DNA of 64,000 nucleotides from Reyranellaceae bacterium (GTDB lineage Bacteria; Pseudomonadota; Alphaproteobacteria; Reyranellales; Reyranellaceae): NCBI GenBank assembly GCA_022844045.1, contig JALHMM010000016.1, positions 19,806 to 83,805 of the forward strand, read 5' to 3'. Shown piece by piece: positions 27,654 to 34,267 of this stretch (position 1 is its first letter; each line of letters starts with the position of its first letter). The notes under the pieces were generated by a model. It saw only the letters and a program-made list of their open reading frames with translations, ran no database searches and was not told where the DNA came from. The position numbers and the translations under genes were made by a program.

Positions 27654-29129
27654 CTAGGCCCTGCGGGCCATGCCGCCTGTCCAGCCGACTTGGGGGCCGC
27701 TCCACCAGCCGGCGAGCGATCGCGCCGCGGCCAGGATGGCCGGCGCCGTCACCAGGCCATGGCCCTGGATCTCGCGCGGCATCCCCATGTCCACGGCGCC
27801 GGCGGTGGCGATCCACCGCAGCGCATCGACCTGGGCGCGCCCGCCCGTGCGCAGCGCCGGAACGGTCTCGAGCGCGAGCGCGAGCAGCGCCGTCACGGCC
27901 GGGCAGGCCATCGACGTGCCATCCCACGCCGCATAGCCCTGCGGCACCGTGGACGCGATCGCGACACCGGGGGCGCACACATCGACCTCGGCCCCGTGAT
28001 TCGTGAAAGTGGCGCTGAACAATCCACCGTGCCAGTCGCGATAGGGACCAACCCGCCCGCTGTGGGCGCTGTCCTTGGGGAACGACGCCATCCGCCCGAT
28101 CGCGCCGACGCCGAGCACGAGCGGGTGCGAAGCGGGGAAGGCGACCGAGGTGGCATCGTTGCCGGTCGCCGCCACCAGCGTCACGCCTGCCTCGACCGCT
28201 TCGGTGATCGCTAGCGCGAGCGCCTCCGACCAGGTCGGCGACCCGAGGCTGAGATTGACCAGATCGACGCGCCGTTCGCGGCACCAGTCGATCGCCTCGA
28301 CCAGATCGGAGACGAACCCGCCGGGAAAGACCTTCACCGAGAAGATCTCGGCTCGCGGCGCGATACCGCGGAAGCGCGCGGCCTCGTCCGGTCGGGCGGC
28401 GACGATGCCGGCGCAATGGGTGCCGTGACCCTTCTCGTCGGTCGCCCAGCCCGCCGGATCGCCACCATCCAGCGTGTTGAACCCGTCACGCACGCTGAGC
28501 CCGGGCACGCGGGCGATGCCGCTGTCCACCACAGCGATGGTGACGCCCTGGCCGGACGGACCGGCGTAATGGGCGTTCACCCCGAGCAGGCTCAGCATCC
28601 AAGCGGAGGACCGCGCCGCATCCAGCGGCATCAGGGTCGTCTCGATCGACCGCGAGCCCTGCGGCGGCGGCACCACGCGCGACCAGAACCCGGCGCGAGG
28701 CGAAATGATCACCCGATTGACCAGCCCCGCCTCGACTCGGATGGAGGTCCGTCCATTCGCATCGGTCTCGGCCCGGAAGCCGAGCATGTCGCCGACCGCG
28801 AAGACGGTACAGCCGGGGATCGGTTCACCGGCGGGATCACGCACCGTCACCTGCCAGACATCCTCGGCGACGGCGGGAGCCATCGGCGGCAGGTCGGGCA
28901 TCTTGAAAAGCACCAGCGGTTGGTCCTCCTCGACGATCAGGTCGGGGCGGGTGGCGGCCAGGCGCTGCGCGTCGGCCACGCTCATCTCCAGCACGTGCAG
29001 GCGGACGGAGGCCCGCGACTTGACCAGCTTCGCGTCGGTCTCGGATCCGGCGCCGACGAAGGCGCGCACCGCGGCCTCGGCCGCCGGAGCCTCGCTGGGG
29101 CGACGCGGCCTGACGATGATCCGGCTCAA
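27654..29129 (-). CDS. S8 family (subtilisin-like) serine peptidase, no signal peptide
   Basis: Catalytic triad VVDSGI / HGTHCAG / GTSMACP. Start assigned to the TTG at 29129, 5 nt after GGGAGGA and 10 nt after the stop of the upstream gene. The N-terminal part of track ORF 27654..29321 overlaps that upstream gene. Confidence 0.85.
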   Translation of the reverse strand: MSRIIVRPRRPSEAPAAEAAVRAFVGAGSETDAKLVKSRASVRLHVLEMSVADAQRLAATRPDLIVEEDQPLVLFKMPDLPPMAPAVAEDVWQVTVRDPAGEPIPGCTVFAVGDMLGFRAETDANGRTSIRVEAGLVNRVIISPRAGFWSRVVPPPQGSRSIETTLMPLDAARSSAWMLSLLGVNAHYAGPSGQGVTIAVVDSGIARVPGLSVRDGFNTLDGGDPAGWATDEKGHGTHCAGIVAARPDEAARFRGIAPRAEIFSVKVFPGGFVSDLVEAIDWCRERRVDLVNLSLGSPTWSEALALAITEAVEAGVTLVAATGNDATSVAFPASHPLVLGVGAIGRMASFPKDSAHSGRVGPYRDWHGGLFSATFTNHGAEVDVCAPGVAIASTVPQGYAAWDGTSMACPAVTALLALALETVPALRTGGRAQVDALRWIATAGAVDMGMPREIQGHGLVTAPAILAAARSLAGWWSGPQVGWTGGMARRA

Positions 29130-29139
29130 GGCATCCTCC

Positions 29140-29943
29140 CTAGTCGCCGCCGATCGGTATGCCCATCGCGACCGCCTGGGCATGCACCTGCGCATCCGGC
29201 CGGGTCGGCGCGCCCGGCGGGATGTAGAGCGTCGAGGCGGCGGACAGCTCGACCGTCGCGAGCCCGCTGATCCGGATCCAGCTGATGCGCGGCCGGCAGC
29301 CGAACTGGACGGCCGCCTCATAAACCGCGACGTGATGGGTCGGCGCGAAGAATCGCCCGAGCTTGGCGATCAGCAGCGGCATCAACGGCGTCTCGTAGCG
29401 CCCCATCGGGCTGTAGCCCTCGTTGCCGAGGATGCCGATCTGCCAGAGCACGAGCGCGCTCGCGGGATCCGTGGGCCGCTGGTTGAACAGGTAGTCGGTC
29501 GCCTCGTAGGACGAGCACCCGGTGGTCGCCGGATCGAAGCCGACATCGGCGAACAGGCAGTCCTCGGCCGAGATCCCCGGCAGCATGACGGCGGAGAATC
29601 CTTCGGCGCGGGCCTGCTTCACCGCCTCGTGCGACGGATAGACGAAGACGCCCGGGTGTCCGTAGAACACGGCGCAGACCGTCAGCCCCTCGCGCACCAG
29701 CGACAGCACGCGCTCGACCATGGCGTTGTAGGTGTCGATCCGCTTTGTTGACGACGAATAGAGCGTCTGCAGCGATTCCGACTTCTCGTTCAGCGCCGCG
29801 ATCATGTCCTCGGCGACCGGATCGCCGACGACATAGACGACGCGGTCGGCCATCCGGATCCAGGAGATCGCCTCGACCGTCATGTGGCCGACGGTGCGCA
29901 GTCCGGTGCCGACCACGACGAGCTTGCCGCGCTTGTCGGTCAT
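29140..29943 (-). CDS. tetrapyrrole-methylase-fold SAM methyltransferase of the borosin alpha-N-methyltransferase type (OphMA/SonM-like), stand-alone
   Basis: Carries KLVVVGTGLRTVGHMT, VFYGHPGVFVYPSH, MLPGISAEDCLFADVGFDP, YEATDYL, LVLWQIG and STLYIPP. These match, from memory, the methyltransferase domain of the omphalotin enzyme OphMA. The start ATG overlaps the upstream stop (ATGA). Confidence 0.8.
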   Translation of the reverse strand: MTDKRGKLVVVGTGLRTVGHMTVEAISWIRMADRVVYVVGDPVAEDMIAALNEKSESLQTLYSSSTKRIDTYNAMVERVLSLVREGLTVCAVFYGHPGVFVYPSHEAVKQARAEGFSAVMLPGISAEDCLFADVGFDPATTGCSSYEATDYLFNQRPTDPASALVLWQIGILGNEGYSPMGRYETPLMPLLIAKLGRFFAPTHHVAVYEAAVQFGCRPRISWIRISGLATVELSAASTLYIPPGAPTRPDAQVHAQAVAMGIPIGGD

Positions 29944-31091
29944 GGCGTCACCACCGGCTTGAACAGGGCTTCCTGGATCTTGCCGGGATCACCGGTCTTG
30001 AGCGCCTCGCGATACGGCTCGGGCACCTTCCGCTCCGCCATCACGGCGTCGGGATCGGCCAGGAACGCGGCGAGCAGTGTCGGGTCGCGCGCGAGTTCGG
30101 CGAGAAAGCTCGAGAGCTCGGAACGCTGCCGCTCGGGCATCACCATCTGCATCGCCTCCGCCGGATCGGCCATGGTATCCTGCCGTCGCGGCGGACCATC
30201 GTTCAGCCGCACCGTCCAGGACCACTGCAACGGTCCCGGCCCCACCGACCGTGCGCTCACCTCGACATGCAGCGTGTCGCCAGACTTGACCGCGATATCC
30301 TCCGGCAGTGGCAGCAGGAACTGCCCCCAATGCGTATCGGGCGCGTCGGGCGCGGTGCTCAGCGTCACCGCGCCGGCGAGATCGGCGGTGAACCAGGCGG
30401 CCAGCGCATTGACACGCGCGCCTCGGCCCGCCTGGAAGCGCAGGCTCGCGGTATAGGGCTTGCGAACGGTCTCGGCGCTATCGGCCGCGGCGTCGCTGAT
30501 CCAGAGCACCTGCGCGGGCGCCGCCAAATCCTCGGGGCGGACGCGCCGGCGCACCATCAGCAGCTCGTGCACCGAGGGCTCGGCGAGCGCCGACAGGTCG
30601 AGTCCGTAGGGGCGATTGAAGAAATAGAGCGTGTCGCTGCGCTGCGTCGTGCGCACCGGCGCCATCCACGCCGTGACCTTCGCGGGGATCACCGTCCCGC
30701 CCTGCTTCAAGAAGTGATCGCGCGCCCACAGCACCGGGCCGAGCATGTTCTCGTCCACGCCGACCGAGCCCATCCATTCCGAGACGATCACATCGGCCTT
30801 CTCGGCGAGCTGGATCGAGCGGATATCGGCCTGCACGATCTGGATCACGCTGGCGAAGCCGTTGGCCGCGACGAGTTGCGCCGCAGCCTGCGCGGCGGCG
30901 CCGCGTTCCACCGCATAGACGCGGGCGGCGCCGGCCTTGGCGGCGAACAGCGACAGGATACCGCTCCCGGCACCGACATCGACGACGACGTCACCCGGCT
31001 TGATCGTTGCCTCGATGGCCCGGCGGAAGGCATCGGTGCGCGCTTCGTCACGCACCATCAGGCGGTGGGTAGGCAGAGTGTCGTAGTTCAT
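29940..31091 (-). CDS. protein arginine N-methyltransferase (PRMT, type I-like) homologue with about 65-aa C-terminal borosin-leader-like helical tail
   Basis: Start at MNYDTLPTHRLMVRDEARTDAF, preceded by gggaga. PRMT motifs: VVDVGAGSGILSLFAAKAGA (motif I), VYAVE (post-I), IVSEWMGSVGVDENM (double-E loop), THWGQ (THW loop). The tail LAELARDPTLLAAFLADPDAVMAERKVPEPYREALKTGDPGKIQEALFKPVVTP follows. Confidence 0.8.
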   Translation of the reverse strand: MNYDTLPTHRLMVRDEARTDAFRRAIEATIKPGDVVVDVGAGSGILSLFAAKAGAARVYAVERGAAAQAAAQLVAANGFASVIQIVQADIRSIQLAEKADVIVSEWMGSVGVDENMLGPVLWARDHFLKQGGTVIPAKVTAWMAPVRTTQRSDTLYFFNRPYGLDLSALAEPSVHELLMVRRRVRPEDLAAPAQVLWISDAAADSAETVRKPYTASLRFQAGRGARVNALAAWFTADLAGAVTLSTAPDAPDTHWGQFLLPLPEDIAVKSGDTLHVEVSARSVGPGPLQWSWTVRLNDGPPRRQDTMADPAEAMQMVMPERQRSELSSFLAELARDPTLLAAFLADPDAVMAERKVPEPYREALKTGDPGKIQEALFKPVVTP

Positions 31092-31148
31092 GGACCGCAC
31101 CGTCTCCCGTTTGCTCGTCCCGCCCCGCATCCTGGTGCGGAAACTGCG

Positions 31149-31180
31149 CCGCCGCCATGGCCCTAGGGCCATGGCGGCGG
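31149..31180 (-). terminator. perfect 32-nt palindrome between the repeat-protein gene and the enzyme genes (putative attenuating terminator or processing hairpin)
   Basis: ccgccgccatggccc-ta-gggccatggcggcgg forms a 15-bp GC-rich stem. It lies 28 nt downstream of the repeat-protein stop. On the minus strand it is followed by cgcagtttcc. Confidence 0.5.
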
Positions 31181-31207
31181 TCTTCGATCACGGTCTGGCG
31201 TTCAGCC

Positions 31208-32692
31208 CTAGAAGGCGGGCGGCCGGATCGGGAACATCAGCGGCGGGCGCACCAGCGGCGGACGCACCAGAGGCGGCCGGATCGGGAACACCAGCGGCGG
31301 CCGGATCAGCGGCGGTCGGATCGGGAACACCAGCGGTGGCCGGATCAGCGGCGGCCGGATCGGGAACACCAGCGGTGGGCGCACCAGCGGCGGCCGGACC
31401 GGGAACATCAGCGGTGGACGCACCAGCGGCGGCCGGATCGGGAACACCAGTGGCGGCCGGATCAGCGGCGGCCGGATCGGGAACACCAGCGGTGGCCGAA
31501 TCAGCGGCGGCCGGATCGGGAACATCAGCGGTGGCACCGGCACCAGCGGCGGCTGGATCGGAAACACCTGCTGCGGGCGCACCAGCGGCGGCCGGACCGG
31601 GAACATCAGCGGCGGGCGCACCACCAGCACCGGCGGGCGGATCGGGAACACCAGCGGCGGCCGGATCAGTGGTGGGCGAATCAGTGGCGGCCGGATCAGT
31701 GGCGGGCGGATCAGTGGCGGCCGGATCGGGAAGACCGGCGGGCGCACCACCAGCACTGGCGGGCGGATCGGGAACACCAGTGGCGGCCGGATCAGTGGCG
31801 GCCGGATCAGTGGCGGTCGGATCAGTGGCGGAACGATGGGAAAGACCGGGAACAGTGTCAGCGCGGGCGAGACGCCATCGCCGCCCTGGGAGCCGCCGCC
31901 ATAGGGGTCGTAGCCGGCGTTCGGGTCGTACCCGCCATACGGGTCGTAACCCGCATACGGGTCGTAGCCCGCATTCGGGTCGTAGCCGGCGTTCGGATCG
32001 TATCCGCCATACGGGTCGTAACCCGCATACGGGTCGTAGCCGGCGTTCGGGTCGTAGCCGCCATACGGGTCATACCCGGCGTTCGGGTCGTACCCGCCAT
32101 ACGGGTCATACCCGGCGTTCGGGTCGTACCCGCTGTAGGGATCGTATCCGGCGTTCGGGTCGTAACCCGCATACGGGTCGTACCCGGCGTTCGGGTCGTA
32201 CCCGCCATACGGGTCGTATCCGGCATTCGGGTCGTACCCACCATACGGATCGTATCCGGCGTTCGGGTCGTACCCGCCATACGGGTCGTACCCGGCGTTC
32301 GGGTCGTACCCGCTGTAGGGATCGTATCCGGCGTTCGGGTCGTACCCGCCATAGGGATCGTATCCGGCGTTCGGGTCGTATCCCGCGTAGGGATCGTAGC
32401 CTCCCGCAGCTCCATACGGATCGTATCCGTATGGATCATAGGCGGACGCTGCGCCGTATGGACCGTAGGTCATGGGCATCTCCTCGCGCTTGCCCGTCGC
32501 CGGATCGAGGGATTCGATTCCGACGACCTGATTGGTTGCTGAGTCGATTCGATAGATCACATGCCGTTCGACGGTGGCGCCCTGTGCCGCGGCCTGCGGC
32601 GATGCCTCCGCCTCGGGCTTGCTGGGGGTGGCGGGCCCCTTGCGGGGCGCATCCTCGGCCGGCTTGTCGTCCGATCCACGGCCTCGGGTCAT
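31208..32692 (-). CDS. 494-aa diblock repeat protein: unique N-terminal region, about 30 G-Y-D-P-(Y/N)-(G/A/S) units, then about 30 P-P-L-(I/V)-R / P-P-L-V-F-P-I-R units
   Basis: The ATG at 32692 lies 5 nt after GAGGAGGG. The N-terminus has normal composition (MTRGRGSDDKPAEDAPRKGP...VERHVIYRIDSATNQVVGIESLDPATGKREEM). Third codon positions are mostly G/C in this frame. Repeat units use synonymous CGN and CCN codons. Same strand as the downstream enzyme genes. Confidence 0.8.
   Translation of the reverse strand: MTRGRGSDDKPAEDAPRKGPATPSKPEAEASPQAAAQGATVERHVIYRIDSATNQVVGIESLDPATGKREEMPMTYGPYGAASAYDPYGYDPYGAAGGYDPYAGYDPNAGYDPYGGYDPNAGYDPYSGYDPNAGYDPYGGYDPNAGYDPYGGYDPNAGYDPYGGYDPNAGYDPYAGYDPNAGYDPYSGYDPNAGYDPYGGYDPNAGYDPYGGYDPNAGYDPYAGYDPYGGYDPNAGYDPNAGYDPYAGYDPYGGYDPNAGYDPYGGGSQGGDGVSPALTLFPVFPIVPPLIRPPLIRPPLIRPPLVFPIRPPVLVVRPPVFPIRPPLIRPPLIRPPLIRPPLIRPPLVFPIRPPVLVVRPPLMFPVRPPLVRPQQVFPIQPPLVPVPPLMFPIRPPLIRPPLVFPIRPPLIRPPLVFPIRPPLVRPPLMFPVRPPLVRPPLVFPIRPPLIRPPLVFPIRPPLIRPPLVFPIRPPLVRPPLVRPPLMFPIRPPAF
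31211..31850 (-). repeat. in-frame coding tandem array (15- and 24-bp units) encoding the Pro/Arg/hydrophobic repeats
   Basis: Recurring ccggatcgggaacaccagcggcgg / ccggatcagcggcgg units on the plus strand. Confidence 0.9.
31897..32470 (-). repeat. in-frame coding tandem array (18/36-bp period) encoding the GYDPYG/GYDPNA repeats
   Basis: Recurring gggtcgtacccgccatacgggtcgtatccggcgttcgg units on the plus strand. Confidence 0.9.
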
Positions 32693-33068
32693 CGTGTCCC
32701 TCCTCAACCCGATCAGGTGTCCCGTTCAGGTCATGGTTCTGGTGTCGCGGGTCACCTGATGCTGCGGGAGCCAAGTAGAACTGAAGAATTCCACGGCAGA
32801 CTATTTCGATACTGCTTGACGGTTAGACAACCAGGCGACGTGGCCGATTCAAATGACACGTGAGCCCGAAGCTAGATCGCGACTCCCGCGTGAAGCGAGC
32901 TTGGATGGGATGCCGAGCATCATCGGAAGACGATGATCGTGACCCTGCAGCCTGATGGCCTCCGCGGCCTGGACGAGATTCGCAGCTGCCTCGCCAGCAC
33001 CGAAGCGCCGACCTTCACCGCGCCGTCGGCCGCCAGCGGGCTCAACTGGCCGTGCTGGGAACCTGGCC

Positions 33069-33659
33069 TCAGGTCGTCCCGTCATCTGTCGTGCCCCCGG
33101 AGCGCCGACGTCGCGCGGTGAGCGCGCGTGTGTAGTCTAGAGAGTGTGAACGTAGCGTCGTCTCACCGTGGGCGGCCACCACGAAGGGTTGATGTTCTGT
33201 GCGATTGATTGATGTTTCGTGCGTGCGCGTACCCGACCGTTCCCCGTTCATCTGAAATTCCTGCGAGCGCCATTGGGTCGGCGAGCAGCCGTACAGGCGT
33301 CGAAAGTCGCGATCGAAGTTGCTGGTGCTGTTGAAGCCGACCAGCGACGCGACCTCCTTGACGCTGAGGGTCGGATCGAGCAAGTGGCGCTTGCCCTCGG
33401 TGAGTCTCAACCTGATGCAGAGTGCGCGGAAGCCGATGCCGGTTTCCTTCTTGATCAGTCGGCTGAGATGGGTCGGCGAGATGTGCAGTGCGCGCGCGAT
33501 CTCGGTGATGCGCAGCGAGGGATCGCGGAACGATCGATGAACAATCTGGATCGCGCGTCCCGCCCGGACGTTCACCCCCCCAACAGGGTCCGACGTACTC
33601 ATGGCATCACCGTGAGACATAGGGGCTTTGGCTGGAGCGGAACTCGCCCGATAATTCAC
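33069..33659 (-). CDS. AraC family transcriptional regulator (short form; start uncertain)
   Basis: HTH region ITEIARALHISPTHLSRLIKKETGIGF...VKEVASLVGFNSTSNFDRDFRRLYGCSPTQWR. Alternative starts at 33620 or 33602. An AT-rich region lies upstream. Confidence 0.75.
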   Translation of the reverse strand: MNYRASSAPAKAPMSHGDAMSTSDPVGGVNVRAGRAIQIVHRSFRDPSLRITEIARALHISPTHLSRLIKKETGIGFRALCIRLRLTEGKRHLLDPTLSVKEVASLVGFNSTSNFDRDFRRLYGCSPTQWRSQEFQMNGERSGTRTHETSINRTEHQPFVVAAHGETTLRSHSLDYTRALTARRRRSGGTTDDGTT

Positions 33660-34039
33660 ATTGACGTATATAAATTAACCGCCTGTTACATGATACTGGG
33701 TAGCGGCCCAATCAGACGTGAATAATCCAAGAAGCCTTGGCCCTCGCGAGAGTACTTTATCTCGACAGCGTCTCTTAAGTATTTGGATTGGACTTTGATT
33801 CCACGGTCACGTCACGCGTGAAGAAGTGACTTTGAAAATTACTGGACGCTGCGTGCGAGAATCGCCGAGGAAAACTTCACGAGCCGCGCGTGAATCGACA
33901 TTCGTTGAGCGACCACCCGGAGTGGTGGAAACGCCATTGGCGCGAAAGCAAAGATTCATCCCGTTGAAATTAGAGTCCGTTTGTCGCTTGGACCCGTCGA
34001 TCGTGTTGCGGATCACGGGCGCCGCTGACGGCACGGACG

Positions 34040-34175
34040 CACGCCGCGAGATTGCCCAACGCGCCGTGCGACCCGACGTGAATAGAGTCCGCGCGCCAGG
34101 CGGCCGGCACCGCGCGCGAGTCGGTGCGGGCGATGATCAGGAAGTCGGGATCGACGTTGGCGCGGACGGCGTTGA
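34040..34175 (-). pseudogene. decayed internal fragment of an isocitrate lyase/PEP mutase family gene
   Basis: 34112..34170 is near-identical by eye to 37946..38004 of the intact gene. The minus-strand translation VDPDFLIIARTDSRAV compares with VDPNFLIIARTDSRAV in the intact gene. Similarity is lost on both sides. Confidence 0.6.
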
Positions 34176-34267
34176 GGCGACATTCCCGACCCTGCGGCGC
34201 AACGATATCAGCGCGCCGCTGCGGTCCGGGTCAAAGACAACGACACCGCCGCGCGATACGGCGCGGC

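Noticed and set aside
31211-32470. Possible CRISPR array, because of the dense short direct repeats
   Set aside because: The repeats are contiguous with no unique spacers. Their periods are multiples of 3 (15, 18, 24 and 36 bp). They lie inside one open reading frame, and no cas genes are nearby.
31090-32778. Long plus-strand ORFs (562 aa and 461 aa) and a 193-aa minus-strand ORF overlapping the repeat-protein gene
   Set aside because: They are antisense or off-frame readings of the same tandem repeats and give Ala/Gly/Ser or Arg/His/Thr-rich strings. The 562-aa ORF starts inside the antisense of the PRMT gene and has no RBS. The chosen minus-strand frame has a strong RBS, a normal N-terminus and G/C-dominated third positions.
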